A DNA stretch of 64,000 nucleotides, taken from positions 31,744,001 to 31,808,000 of the forward strand of contig NC_043016.1 of the NCBI RefSeq assembly GCF_006345805.1, written 5' to 3'. Source of the DNA: Octopus sinensis. Lineage: Eukaryota. The notes below the pieces were generated by a model. It saw only the letters and a program-made list of their open reading frames with translations. It was not told the DNA's origin and made no database searches. A program made the translations under genes and the position numbers. This document shows, in pieces, positions 12,681-25,449 of the stretch (positions are counted from its first letter, which is position 1; every line of letters starts with the position of its first letter).

Positions 12681-12849
12681 TCGCATCGGCCATAATTACA
12701 ATTTCCCTTGGCTCCATGGGTCTGCTCCAAATAATTTCTCTCACTCGGTCGAATCAATTTTTCCAACCTACATCTGTTACATTTCCAGCAGACTAATCTC
12801 TCAGACCCATTACCTTCATGGCAATATTTAAAGCTAAAAAAGGTGAAAA

Positions 12850-13220
12850 ATTGGCAGAATTGTTAGCATGCCAGGCAAAAATACTTAGTGGCATTTTATT
12901 CGTCTTTAAGTTCTGATTCAAATTCTGCCAAGATTGATTTTGCCTTTCATTACTTTGTGATCAATATAGTACCGTATTTTAGTGTGTATAAGGAACATCT
13001 TAATTTTGGGAGCTTAAATTTTGGAAAAAAGGTTTTATAAGGGATTATAATCCTATCCATGTATAAGAAACTCCCATATTTTTTTAACCTAATTTTTGAC
13101 AAAAAAAGGTTCCTTATACACGTTAAAATATAAGTACCAGTCAAACACTGGAAGCGATTTAGTCAATTTAACCCCACTCTCTTGAAATTGCTGGTCTTGT
13201 GCCAAAACTTGAAACCCATA
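12850..13220 (+). mobile_element. Family D SINE with an AT-rich insertion
   Basis: ttggcagaattgttagcatg head and ttttgcctttcat core; the SINE resumes at aaatataagtaccagtc near 13127. Confidence 0.65.
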
Positions 13221-13459
13221 TATCAAGTGCCGTCTTTCATTCATGGTTATTATTTTAATGTATGTATGATTACATACTTCATGCCAAACAACCTTTCCAA
13301 TACTATTTTTGATAATGTAAAAGGAAAATTAACAAGTATTCTTGCATAAATGTAAGTAACTGAATCTGGTTACATTTTTCTTATTCTTTTTCTTTTGTTT
13401 TTTTTGGTACATCTACAGTTTTATAAATAAGCTGTTTGGTAAAACAAATAATATAATAA

Positions 13460-13975
13460 TGACATTGGTGTTGGCTTTGGTGGAAGTGGTGGTGGTGGTG
13501 GTGGAGTTGGTGGTGGTGGTGATGATGAAGAGGAGGGGGAGGAGGGGGAGGAGGAAGGGGAGGAGGAGGAGGAGGAGGATGGCAACAGGGATGACAACAG
13601 AAGAGGCCAGTGGTGAGAGTGGTAGTGGTGGTGGTGCTGGTGGTAGTAATGTTGGTGGTGGTTGCAATGGTGATAGAGCTGTGGTTGTTGTTGTTGTTGA
13701 TGCTGCTGCTGCTGCTGTTGTTGTTGTTGTTGTTGTTGCTGTTGTGGTTGTTATTGTTGTTATTGTTGCTGCTACTGCTGCTGTTGTTCTTGTTGATGAT
13801 GTTGCTGCTGCTGTTGTTGTTGTGATGGTAGTAGTGGCAACATTAGCAGCAGTGGCAGCAGTTATACCACCGCCACCACCAACAACAATGACAACAACAA
13901 TGATGATGATGATGATGACGATGACGATGATGATGATGATGATGATGATGGTGTTGATGATGAATGACAATGATG
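13460..13975. repeat. Compound trinucleotide tract (GGT/GGA/GTT/GCT/GAT)
   Basis: Triplet mosaic ending about 50 bp upstream of the terminal-exon acceptor. Confidence 0.9.
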
Positions 13976-14026
13976 AAATTTGTTATATATAATCAATTTA
14001 TTCATTTTTTCTCATTTTTTTTCCAG

Positions 14027-14212
14027 AAAATTACAGTGCAAACAGAGTGTTCAAAATGTGGTGGATATAATTATGTCCCATGCTCAGTGTGTCATGGAAG
14101 CAAGCGCTCCATCCATCGGAATAATTTCACAGAAGAATTTGCAGAACTCCGCTGTGTTTATTGTGACGAAAACGGACTTTTAAAGTGTGATCATTGCCTA
14201 AATAATGAATAG
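14027..14212 (+). CDS. GRXCR1: Terminal coding exon of the GRXCR-like gene (four CxxC zinc-finger motifs)
   Basis: Polypyrimidine tract plus ttccag (AG 14025-14026), phase 0. KITVQTECSKCGGYNYVPCSVCHGSKRSIHRNNFTEEFAELRCVYCDENGLLKCDHCLNNE* matches the GRXCR C-terminus (CxxCGG...PCxxCHGSK...LxCxxCxENGL..C..C). AATAAA lies near 14287. Upstream exons were not found in the window. Confidence 0.93.
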   Translation, partial: KITVQTECSKCGGYNYVPCSVCHGSKRSIHRNNFTEEFAELRCVYCDENGLLKCDHCLNNE

Positions 14213-14499
14213 ACGACTGGTCACAAATTGGTTTCGAAATATCCCTAATCCAGGTGTAAACCTAAAAAAAAAAAAAGAAAGAAGTAAATAAAGAGCGGAG
14301 AAAGAAAAAGGAGAAAAAAAAAACAAAGAAGTTTTGTGTTTCTTTCTCATTGGTTATATTTGAATATAACTTGTTCGTAAAGTCTAAGTATTCTTCCGGG
14401 GAAACATGTGGATTCCTGGACTTTGTTCTTGTGTAGATGAATTTTTTAGTTTGTAAGTGAAGATGGCTTGGTTCTCCATCAGTATTCCAGTTGATGCAA

Positions 14500-14760
14500 T
14501 CAACGGGACAGCCTACTTGTGAAATTAACGTGTAAGTGGCTGAGTACTCCACAGACATGTGTATCTTTAGTATAGTTTTCAGGGAGATTCGGTGAGATAT
14601 ACTGAATGTGACAAAGCTGGTACTTTTGAATTACAGGTATAATTCATTTCTGTTGGCTGAGTGAACTAGAGCAACCGGAAATAGAGTGTCTTGCTCAAGG
14701 AAGCAATGTGCCACAGGGAATTGAACTCACAACCTTATGAATGCCTTATCTACTAAGTCA
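14500..14760 (-). mobile_element. tRNA(Arg)-like SINE (family E), decayed
   Basis: Reverse complement of the 23136-23512 body (aaattaacgtgtaagtggctgagtactccacagac). Confidence 0.7.
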
Positions 14761-15394
14761 GGTTCCTATCTCAAAGAAAAGGAGAAACACTCCTTAAGGA
14801 GGCAATAAATGAAGGACCATTCACAAAACATGCGGAATCCAAGAAGAGAAAACCAGAAAATGTACAAAGAAGAGGAAATCAAATTTTGAAGGACATAAAA
14901 AAAGCTTCACTCAGGCACTTTTCAAAAACAGAATGGTAATATCAAATGACAAGAACAGCTGGCTTATGGTTATGGAAAATGAGTACAGAAGAAAGAGATT
15001 GAAGGAACGATGTTGGTAGCACAGGGGAAAAAAAAAGCCTTATGGATAAATTGGATTAAGTGGATAGTGGTGGTAGTGGTGGTCATCGTAGTGGTGATAA
15101 TGATGATGATGATCGTGATGGTGGTCGTGGTGGTCGTGGTGGTGATGGTGGTGGTAGTCATTGTCGTCGTTGTCATCATCATCATCATCATCATCATCCT
15201 CATCTTATTTCGATATGGTTGAACAACCAATTCCAACCAATTGGGATTCATGTTGCACATCATGATATATTCCTCCTTCCCATCACTAAATGCAAAATGT
15301 AACTTGCAAGACCTCCAATTGGAATAATATACCCCACCACATAAATTTTTTAAAAAAAGCTTTAAATATAGCATGAGTATATAAATGAAATATG

Positions 15395-15650
15395 GAGGCA
15401 CGTGGCTTAATGGTTAGGGTGTCAGTATTATGATCGTAAGATTGTGGTTTCGATTCCTGGAGCGGGCGACACATTGTGTTCTTGAGCAAAACATTTCATT
15501 TTACATTGCTCCAGTCCACTCAGCTGACAAAAATGAGTAACACTGCGATGGACTGGCATCCCGTCCAGCTGGGGAACACATACGCCATAGAAACCGGGAA
15601 ACCTGGCCCATGAGCCTGGCTAGGCTTTAAAAAAAGGGTGCATTTAAAAA
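15395..15650 (+). mobile_element. tRNA-derived SINE (family F)
   Basis: A box tggcttaatgg, B box ggtttcgattcc, gtgttcttgagcaaaac core, gcgatggactggcatcccgtccag. Confidence 0.8.
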
Positions 15651-15723
15651 TTTTTTTTACATAAATGAAATAAAGCTAATATAGGCATTCTAATTCCAAA
15701 TGATATCATTATTACCCCTAACT

Positions 15724-15935
15724 AAGGTGGCAAGCTGGCAGAATCATTAGCATGCTGAGCAAAATGCTTACCGGTATTTCATCTGCCACTACATTCTGAG
15801 TTCAAATTCCACCAAGGTTGACTTTGCTTTTCGTCCTTTTGAGGTTGATAAATTAAGTACCAGTTGCATACTGGAGTTGATCTAATCGACTGCCCCCTCC
15901 CCCAAAATTTCAGGCCTTATGCCTATAACAGAAAA
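15724..15935 (+). mobile_element. Family D SINE
   Basis: Head aaggtggcaagctggcagaa, B box and Deu/Nin-like core. Confidence 0.8.
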
Positions 15936-16480
15936 GTTAATCACCCCTAACTAACTTAAAACAATTGCAGCATGGAAGGTGTTTATAAGCCATTTAAAAA
16001 CACACAAAACTGTTAGATTCACATCGGAAATGCAGCATGGAATTTTGTCAGTGAACAGGTTACGGTCTTAAAGCAATGATAATATTTTGGCAAATTAAAT
16101 TTAAAAGTTGAAGTGAATCTAACAGTTTTTGTGCATTTTTAAATAGCTTATAAACCACCTTCCCTGTTGCAATTGTTTTTGTTTCCTTATACAATCTCAG
16201 ATCAGGTCACTTGCTATGCAAGTACATCTCCGTAACTTAAAATAGATTATGCAATAATTTTCTTTATATCATGTTGATAGATAGCACAAACTCCTGATAT
16301 AACTGTATTTAGGATAGAAATAAAGATTATAAATTTAGCAAAATTTTCTAATTCAATTAAACAATAATAAAATAAAATCAATAAAAAAACACTAGCTGTA
16401 ACTAAAGTAAAGTCACCACCTCGCTCTTGTACAACAGTCTGTCACAAGGTTAGCCCTTTACAGCTGAGAGGACTGGAATA

Positions 16481-17580
16481 TCACTCTTCGCCCTATGAGA
16501 TGACATCTGGTGTACCACAGGGATCTGTTCTTGGCCCCCTTTTATTTGTTGCATATGTTAATGACATAGATGCCAACTTAAAGAATGCCACAGTGCTGAA
16601 ATATGTAGATGACATCAAGCTGCACCTCGAAATAAAGAGGTGAAATCCTGTACACTATAGATCTCTATTGCAAGCAGACCTGGACACAATGCAGCAGTGG
16701 ATCATGGACTGGCAACTCAAGCTGGCTGTGGACGAATGTACCACCATGCATTTTGGGAGGAGAAACCCAGCGTCCACCTACTCCCTCCACAACACTAGTC
16801 TCAAAAAGTCTTCATGTGAACGTGACCTGGGTGTTATTGTCGACAGTGATTTGCGTTGGACAAAACACATCGCTAAAATTGTCAAGAAGGCTGAGGGTGT
16901 CTTGGCATCACTCACCAAATCCTTTGTGAGCCACTCTCCGGCTATCTATCTGCAGCTTTATATAGCTATGGTAAGACCTCACCTGGAATTTGCATCACCA
17001 GTCTGGAACCCCTATCTTGCCCAGGATATCAATCGTCTGGAAGCTGTTCAGCGACATGCAACCAAAAGAATACCCTCCATCAGGCATTTGCCATATCCTG
17101 AACACCTTACTTCCCTGGGCATGGACACATTGAAACTCCGACGTCTGGCAGCTGACTTGGCAGACACCCATAAAATTATCAACCATCGTACAAACAATAA
17201 CTCTGAGCACCTTTTCAAACTCCACCCATCTAACACCCGTGGACATATTTACAAAGTAAGAAAACAGCACAGCTCCCATGACTTCAGGAAACATTTTTTC
17301 ATGCTGAGAGTTGCTGAAGCATGGAACAAACTGCCGGCATCAGTTGTTAGTTGTCGGAGCACTGCATCCTTCAAAACTTCCATGCTTCCTGAGATTCGCC
17401 AACACTACACTTGATTTTCTCCCCTCCATACACACACAAGCATGCATCTGACTCATACATTGTTCGCTTTCCAGACATTTCTACATCACTGCATGTACTT
17501 TATATGCACTTTCTGACAAGTTGTGGTGCACCTGAGCACTGCATACAATAATTTCATTATTAGTATTATTATTATTATTA
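16481..17580 (+). mobile_element. 5'-truncated CR1-clade LINE (RT C-terminal half, 3' UTR, (ATT)n tail)
   Basis: SGVPQGSVLGPLLFVAYVND...KYVDDIKL, a premature stop near 16641, then ORF 16668-17414 (RDLGVIVD, VRPHLEFASPVWNP, RVAEAWNKLP). Tail tattattatt. Confidence 0.92.
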
Positions 17581-17720
17581 TGAAGTGTTTTGCTCAAAGA
17601 ACACAACATGCTGCCCAGTTTGGGAATTAAAACTACGATCTCACAATCATGAACACAACATCCTAACCACTTGGCCACACATCCAAGTGGATGATAGATC
17701 AGTAGGAGTGTTCACTGAAA

Positions 17721-18050
17721 TGTAGAATGCGTGGTGATTCAGATGTGATCATAGTTCATGTTGCATCAGAATGTCCCACAGTTTGCTCAGAATTAATATA
17801 AAAGAAGTATGGACATGGAAAAATTGCTGCAATAAATCACTAGAATTTTTACAAGAAATTTCATTCTGCATGCATGCAGACGCACACATACACACATACT
17901 CACAAAGCTGTAATCATTTTGTGGGAATAGAAAGGGCAAGCCTTTGAAAATGATGAAGCTTGATTGTTGTAGGACTTTCCTATACAAACCAAAAGAACAG
18001 AACACAAGAGGCTAGATATTGTTGTTAGTGACAGGAAGACATGTATTGTA
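17721..18050 (+). pseudogene. Decayed R4/Dong-clade LINE C-terminus (CCHC knuckle plus restriction-like endonuclease)
   Basis: Translation across stops and shifts: CRM...HVASECP..AQN*YK..HGKIAAINH*NFYKKF ... ENDEA*LL*DFPIQT..EHKRLDIVV. This follows the CxxC..H..SGC..LAQ..YK.RH / LWDF.IQTD...RPDIVV consensus. Confidence 0.7.
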
Positions 18051-19439
18051 ATCAGTAGCAGCTCATGTGTAGGAACTGCACAACTGCAGCACCCCCTATT
18101 TCCACTCGATTTCATCGATAACATTCAATATAATGAGTTTTTTTTTCTTTAATTTTTTCTTTATCCTTGTACATTATATAATCCTTAAGCTTAATGTCAG
18201 TAGCCATCCCCTAGTTTATGAAAAAAAATGCAAAAATCCTTGTATAGAATTGTGTGCTTCACAGTTCCAGTGCACATGTCCGAGATAACGAGCTTCATGC
18301 TAGGAAAAGAGTGCACTGGTGTGCTGGTGAAAGGTGGTGTTTCTTTTTGATTCTGCATGTGTTGTGCTTAAAAACATGCTTATATTCTTGAATGTGATAA
18401 AGTGTAGAATTAGATTATTATCCTGCTTCCAACTACAGTGTTGCTGCCAGTATAATGACATATATATGTAAGTGCATAAAATAAAGTTTTCCTAGATAGA
18501 AAATGCACTTTTGATGAGAACATACTCTCCTTTGCATCACACCACTAAGTTTGTCAGCCACAATAGTAAAATGAAACGAAAAGCCATTCTTGATGGAACT
18601 TGCATCTAAGAATATAATAAACTAATAGGAATATTAGCAAAAACCATTAAATCAAACTGAAAATAGACTTTATACAACAAGAGTTGAAAGGACTGAGAGT
18701 GAAAAAAATTTCAAGACAAGTTTCATCTTGGAATATTCAGAAGCTAAATTGCTTAATAAGACAATGAACGGAGTTGTTGAAGTACTGAACAGAATTCCTG
18801 TACTCTGAGTTCAAATCCAACTAAGGACAGCTTTACTTTTCATCCTTTTCAGGGACAGTAAATACCAATACCAGTCCAGGTTAGCGGACTGGAGGAAAGG
18901 CTAGAAGGATTGACAAAACATCTTGTAGTATCTGTTCTGGCTCTTTTTCATTTGGAATTCAGATTCCACTAAGGTGTCAATGACTGGCCTAATCATCTGA
19001 CCATGGAATGGAAATACACTCTCCAATGTACATTTGGTCAACATGGATTGGTAGGTGTAGCAACAGAATAGATAATCCATCAACAGCTAACTGAGACTTC
19101 ATCCAACAGAGCAGATTTACAACAACAGAATGGCAATGGAGGGAAAAAATATTGTATGGCAATAACAAAGTAAAATATGTTATCAGGATGGTAATAATGA
19201 TGGTGATGGTGGTGGTGGTGGTGGAAACTGCAGCAGCAGTGGCGATGATGGTGGTGGTGATGGTGGTGGTGATGGCAGCAATGGCAGTGGTAGGGTAGCA
19301 ACATATTTAAACATTTATATAGTACAAAAATGTATTAAGATGAAGAAGAATCAACCAAGAAAAGGAAAACATTAATCCCAGTAAGCTTTTGGTTGATGTA
19401 TTTGTATTTGCTACTTTCTGAAGCTGAGACCAAGAAATG

Positions 19440-19800
19440 AGTCACAAAACATGTATAGATACATACATACATACATACATACATGTATCTACATACACAA
19501 ACATACATATATATGCACACACACATTCATATATATATATATATATACATACATATATAAAAATAGGCATATATATATATATGCATATACATACACATAT
19601 AGATACATATATATATGTATATATATATATATACATATATGTATATATGTATATATATATATATACATATATATATGTATATATATATATAGATACATAT
19701 ATATATGTATATATATATATACATATAGTTGTATGTACACATATACATACATAAGTGTGCGTCTCTGTGTATATGTATATGTGTGTGTAATATATACACA
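19440..19800. repeat. (TA)n/(TACA)n microsatellite cluster
   Basis: Long AT/AC dinucleotide runs; source of the poly-YI ORFs. Confidence 0.95.
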
Positions 19801-20384
19801 TATCATTGATCTTTGATAAGCTTCTGTTAATCCTCCTCTACTGAATGCAGTTATAAACAAGAGTAAAATAATAAAAAAAAACAGAAAGAAAAAAAATGAA
19901 AAATAAAAGAACAAGTGATGAAATTTTGTATTATCAGTATATTCTCCCATGGTATTACAGTCAAATTAAAGGCTCTTAATAATCCTGCTATTCCACTAAT
20001 ACACTTGTGTGAGCAGAGACAAGTGTAGTACATTTGAAATTCTAGTAGGCAATTTGACTAACATTGTGCACTTAGAAAAAGAAAGTACAGGAGGTACTTG
20101 TGTGTCAGACAGTAGTATCATATTAAATTTTGGAATGAAAGCTATCACCATTACAGACTATCCATAGCTGAGATTCCTTTCATACTTATTGCTTTCTTTA
20201 TTAGAATAATTTAGGGCAATAATAACTGAATCTGTTGCTAGAGGGATGAAATGTCTTGTCTTTAGTTATGTCCCTTTAAAAACTCAGTTGAAATCCTGCT
20301 TGCTGTGTGTATGTCAGTTGGTCTTTCATACTTTGTGTGATTGAGAAAATAAGCACTAAACATGTTATAGGGTTCGATTCAATT

Positions 20385-20615
20385 GACGGCGAGTTGGCTG
20401 CAACGTTAGCATGCCGGGCGAAATGCGTAGCCGTATTTCGTCTGCCGCTACGTTCTGAGTTCAAATTCCGCCGAGGCCCACTTCACCTTTCATCCTTTCG
20501 GGGTCGATAAATTAAGTACCAGTTACGCCCTGGGGTCGATATAATTGACTCAATCCGTTTGTCTGTCCTTGTTTGTCCCCTCTATGTTTAGCCCCTTGAG
20601 GGTAGTAAAGAAATA
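20385..20615 (+). mobile_element. Family D SINE, young (CpG-intact)
   Basis: ggcgagttggctgcaacgttagcatgccgggcg...gagttcaaattccgccgagg...cctttcggggtcgataaattaagtaccag...gtagtaaagaaatag. Confidence 0.9.
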
Positions 20616-20972
20616 GATTCAATTGACTGTGTCCTCGTGCCTGTATAAGAAATTACTACTGGAATTATCTATGGAAGTGGTTTATACCTCTTATCATTTA
20701 TTTTTTTCAGTCACTGGATTGCAGATTGCAGCGATGCTGGGGTACTGCCTCGAAGGGTTTAGTCAAAAAAAAAAAAACACTAGCCCCCACTAGTACTCGC
20801 TTTCAAATTTCTTTTTATCATGTTTGGTACTCATTCTATCATTCGCTTTTTGCCAAACTGCTAAGTTACAGGGACATAATCAAGCCAACACTGGATGTTA
20901 AGCAGTGATGAGGGACAAACACAAAGCCATATGCACACACATACACACACACACACATATACACACATATAC

Positions 20973-21003
<31 letters not shown>

Positions 21004-21125
21004 GGTACACACACATATATATGTATATGTATACATACATATGCATACATATATATATATATATATATATATACACGCACAAATAAATATATATACATAC
21101 ACACACACAAATATTTATATATATC

Positions 21126-21415
21126 ATCATCATCATCATCGTTTAACGTCCGTTTTCCGCGCTAGCACGGGTTACAGAGTTCGACCGGAGTCTGGGAAGC
21201 CAGGAGCTGCACCAGGCTCCAGTCTGATCTGGCAGTGTTTCTACGGCTGGATGCCCTTCCTAACGCCAACCACTCTGCGAGTGTAGTGGGTGCTTTTTAC
21301 GTGCCAGGGGAGTCTGGCATCGGACACGATCGGTTGGTGCTTTTAACGTGCCACCGGCACGGAAGCCAGTCAAGGCAGCGCTGGCATCGGCCACATTCGG
21401 ATGGTGAGCACAGAC
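21126..21415 (-). mobile_element. Family C (RTE-tailed) element
   Basis: (CAT)n gtttaacgtccg tail; ctggatgcccttcctaacgccaaccac. Confidence 0.8.
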
Positions 21416-21628
21416 ATGTTTTTGTGGTCAAGAAGTTGGCTTCCGAATCATATGGTTCTGGGTTCATTTCCATTGTGTGACACTTTGGTCAAATGACTTC
21501 TTGTGTACTCCAAAGCCTTGTGAATGGATTGGTAGGCAGAAATTGAAAGAAGCCCATCGTATATCTATCTTTTAATCCATCTATCTATCTGTTTGTCTAT
21601 CTATCTGTCTACTTGTCTGTCTGTCTAT

Positions 21629-21662
<34 letters not shown>

Positions 21663-21699
21663 ATGTAAGAAATGTACCTGTTCTGTTGATGGCCCTAGG

Positions 21700-21940
21700 G
21701 CCATGGCTGAAAACCAAAAAGAGGAAAAAGCAATACATTTTCTCAGACTCGATGTCAGTGTTTCTATTGCAAAGGTGGTGGAGAGACAGGAATTGTTGCA
21801 GATTTGTCGTTAAAGGGGCACATGATGAAGAAAACAGAAAGCAGAAGTGAGGAAATGTTAGAGAACTGGAGACAAGCATTGTGTTGGTGGAGACAGATAT
21901 GACAAAGAAATTGATGAACTGTAATGGAAGTAAATTCTAG
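21700..21940 (-). pseudogene. Decayed jockey/L2-like RT fragment
   Basis: The minus strand gives LFSSSCAPLTTNLQQ and, in another frame, AIETLTSSLRK. This resembles the segment after YADD in this RT group; heavily eroded. Confidence 0.35.
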
Positions 21941-22410
21941 TGAAGAGTGGAAATTGTTAAAACAACAAATTGAAAAAAAGGTTTAGCTGCTCTCTTATGA
22001 GTAAGGTTCTATTGGTTCAACTATTTGAAAATTTATCCTTTTAAGTTACTCTGCTTAAATATCTCCAGAAGTTTTGTTTTGGTGAACCTATGATGCACAT
22101 ACAGCATTTATTGAATTAATTTTAGTGGACAGTTTTCACACATTTTTTACATTAGCACTTTTTCATTCATCTCTGTATTTATTGTATTTTGGGAGGGTCA
22201 GCATGCTTAATAATAAACACATGCACTGGTTCACTTTCACTTTTTTATTGTTATTATTCATCATTTGGTTAGTCAATCAATCAGTTGTGTTTGTCAAAGT
22301 CCTTTCATTACCATTTACACTCTCTTCAGTACTATGTGCCTTCTTTCCTTCAGGTCAGCTTCAGATCAGTTTGTCTTCAATTTAATATTTATTTAGTTGT
22401 ATGGCAATAT

Positions 22411-22674
22411 ATAATGAAATTAATTGTATACAGTGCTCAGGTGCACCACAACTTGTCAGAGAGTGCATATAAAGTACATGCAGTAATGTAGAAATGTCTG
22501 GAAAGCGAACAATGTATGAGTCAGATACATGCATGTGAGTGTATGGAGGGGAGAAAATCAGGAGTAGTGTTGGCGAATCTCAGGAAGCATGGAAGTTTTG
22601 AAGGATGCAGTGCTCCGACAACTAACAACTGATGCCGGCAGTTTGTTCCATGCTTCAGCAACTCTCAGCGTGAA
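22411..22674 (-). mobile_element. Short 5'-truncated copy of the CR1 element at 16481-17580
   Basis: Near-identical reverse complement of about 17298-17560 (last codons plus 3' UTR). Confidence 0.92.
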
Positions 22675-22782
22675 GCAGAGGGAAAGAAAAAGGGAGAGTG
22701 TATATGCATATGCGTGCATGAGTATGTATGTGTGTATGAGTATGCATGCGTTCGTTATTGGCTTAATAACCCTAATAATCGC

Positions 22783-23100
22783 ATGGCTCAGTGGTTAGAG
22801 CATCGGGCTCACAATCATGAGGTAGTGAGTTTGAATCCTGGACCCAGCTGTCTGTTGTGTTCTTGAGCAAGACACTTTATTTTCACGTTGCTCCAGTCAG
22901 TTATAGAAATGAATTGCAGTGTTACTGGTGCCAAGCTATATCAGCCTTTGCCTTTCTCTTGGATAACATTGGTGGCATGGAGAGGGGAGGGTGGTATGTA
23001 TGAGTGACTGCTGGTCCTCCATAAACAACACTGCCCAGACTTGTGCTTCTGAGGAATACTTTCTAGGTGCAACCCCATAGTCATTCATCGCTGTAGGCAG
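22783..23100 (+). mobile_element. tRNA-derived SINE (family G)
   Basis: A box tggctcagtgg, B box gtttgaatcc, gtgttcttgagcaagacac core. An inverted relative lies at 37830-38290. Confidence 0.8.
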
Positions 23101-23135
23101 GGGTGGGGCTTTACCCTGTAATAACCCTCCTGTGG

Positions 23136-23512
23136 AGGCGCAATGGCCCAGTGGTTAGGGCAGCGGACTCGCGCTCATAGGATCGCGGTTTCGATTCCCA
23201 GACCGGGCGTTGTGAGTGTTTATTGAGCGAAAACACCTAAAGCTCCACGAGGCTCCGGCAGGGGATGGTGGTGATCCCTGCTGTACTCTTTCCCCACAAC
23301 TTCCTCTCACTCTTACTTCCTGTTTCTGTTGTACCTGTATTTCAAGGGGCCGGCCTTGTCACTCTCTGTGTCACGCTGAATATCCCCGAGAACTACGTTA
23401 AGGGTGCACGTGTCTGTGGAGTGCTCAGCCACTTACACCTTAATTTCATGAGCAGGCTGTTCCGTTGATTCAGATCAACCGGAACCCTCATCGTCGTAAC
23501 CGACGGAGTGCT
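23136..23512 (+). mobile_element. tRNA(Arg)-like SINE (family E), young
   Basis: A box tggcccagtgg, anticodon-like ctcgc, B box ggtttcgattccc, purine tail aaagaagagaagaaagaa. Confidence 0.88.
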
Positions 23513-23667
23513 AAAGAAGAGAAGAAAGAACCCTCCTGAGATACAAATAAAATCTGTTTCAATATGAAACTTCACATCATGAAATTTGCAAACCAAATAC
23601 ACAAAAGAAATATTTTCTATATATATTTTTGTCTGTAATGGTATTTGATTTCCAGTCAAAAGTTGCT

Positions 23668-24086
23668 GGATCTTTTCGGGTTGAACGGCAGTTTTTAACA
23701 TAATTTCTAGGTAACTAAAAAATTTTAAACTTCGTATACCGGTAGAATGTGTTTATAAAACATCTTTTTCTCTAGGCTTTATTGAGAAAATTCTATAGTG
23801 TGTAAGATATTTGTTGTTGTTTTTTTCAATTTCTGCAATTTCAACCAATCAATGACGTCCATTGGGGTAAAAAAAAACATTCTGTGCCGTATGAATACGT
23901 CCCTCGTTTAAGTAACAGACTGGGTTTGTTTACATTTGTGAAGAAAAAAAGATACCCTTCCCTCCACCTCTAACCCTAACCCTAAAACAGATTGAAATGC
24001 AATAGATCGATACTAGGGTCATAATTATGGGTGACAATTTCATATGACACCGCTAGAAAAAACTGCCGTTCAAACAGAAAAGATCC
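23668..24086. mobile_element. TIR element with internal telomere-like (CCCTAA) repeats
   Basis: 28-bp imperfect TIR ggatcttttcgggttgaacggcagtttt (23668-23695) / aaaactgccgttcaaacagaaaagatcc (24059-24086). ctaaccctaaccctaa near 23970. Confidence 0.7.
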
Positions 24087-24529
24087 CAAGTTGTTTTTCA
24101 TTTTCAGATACAGAAAATATTTTAGTCTAGATCAGTTGCTAAACTATTATATTGGGAACACTTTAATAATAAGAGATGACCTTCACTTCGTTGCTAGAAA
24201 AGACAATGCTTCACTGAATATGTTCAATAAAACCAAAAACATATCCGAAGTCGTTACTCAGCTTGTCAAAGATCAACTTAGATCATTATTATTATTATCA
24301 AGTTAATGTTTACCTCTCATGCATAATCGTAATTTTAAATCACTGAAATTACAAGGTTGTCTCCCCTGCGTCATGAACACATTTCATTAACATTAATCAG
24401 GGAGACAATGCTTTCTTTTCGTTATTGCAATGTAATTTTAATGAATTAATTCATCATCATCATCAGCATCATCACCATCGTCATCATCGTCGTCGTCGTC
24501 GTCGTCATCGTCATCATCGTCATCATCAT

Positions 24530-24952
24530 TGAGTGAGAGAGCAGAAGCCCTGTATACCCATCTGATAAGGGTACACCAGGCACATGCATCACAACCAAAT
24601 GTGCGCGACATGGTGATCTCATATCAAGATAAACAGCGCATGGTCTTGCAGGTGGGGCCTAGTTAGAATTTTCTTCTGGTCGAGTAGATCATCCCGCTCA
24701 AAAGGTCCCTGAATAAAGATTAAGGATGTTGAACGAACCACCCATGTTTCCAAAGGTGAATTATCCAAACCTCCAAAAATTCCTTTCAACACATGGCTAT
24801 GATGCTCCCCTACTACTTCTGCTCATGATGATCAGAGATGCACATATCATCAGCCACTAAGGGACACGGTCAACTGGTTACGGTCAAACAACTGACAAGT
24901 AAATCTGTGACATTGAGCAGAATATTTATTGTACCCATCTTTTATACCAAGA
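24530..24952 (-). mobile_element. (TAA)n/(GAT)n-embedded non-autonomous retroelement
   Basis: Homologous to 3529-3811 and 3912-4262; flanked by (CAT)n and (ATT)n. Confidence 0.75.
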
Positions 24953-24954
24953 AC

Positions 24955-24985
<31 letters not shown>

Positions 24986-25449
24986 TACCATCATCATCAT
25001 CATCATCATCATTGTCGTCGTCGTCACATTTCTCAAACCGATTGTATGTTGGTATCTTTTGATCAGGAGTAGTTATAACCAATTGCATTGGGTCCTGTCA
25101 ATTTTCTCATTCTATATTATTATTATTATTATTATTATTTATTCATTTATTATTATTTTTTTGTAATTACATCAACTATTTTAGCTTGTATTTTAGCTAT
25201 TGCCTTCATTAGAATTTATTCCTATTTTGGGGGAAAAGGGTAAAACTGATTCTGTTTAATATGGTGTCTGTTACTGTGTTTGAATCAATGATTTGTCATA
25301 CCAATTTATAGATTTAAGTAAAAGGATACCCTACATTACACATCTTATTCTGATTCTTTGCATACACAATTGTTGAGTAATTTGGTTAATTGCATAAATT
25401 TTCAAAGTGCTGGCCCATTTAGCATCAAAGCCAATAAAACTGATTGATT

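Noticed and set aside
19437-19950. Poly-YI/HT/CV ORFs here and at 10.4, 11.8, 20.9 and 57 kb
   Set aside because: Dinucleotide microsatellite translations.
23136-23215. tRNA-like sequences with A and B boxes (also the heads of families A, D, F and G)
   Set aside because: They continue into SINE bodies and lack a full cloverleaf, so they are SINE heads, not tRNA genes.
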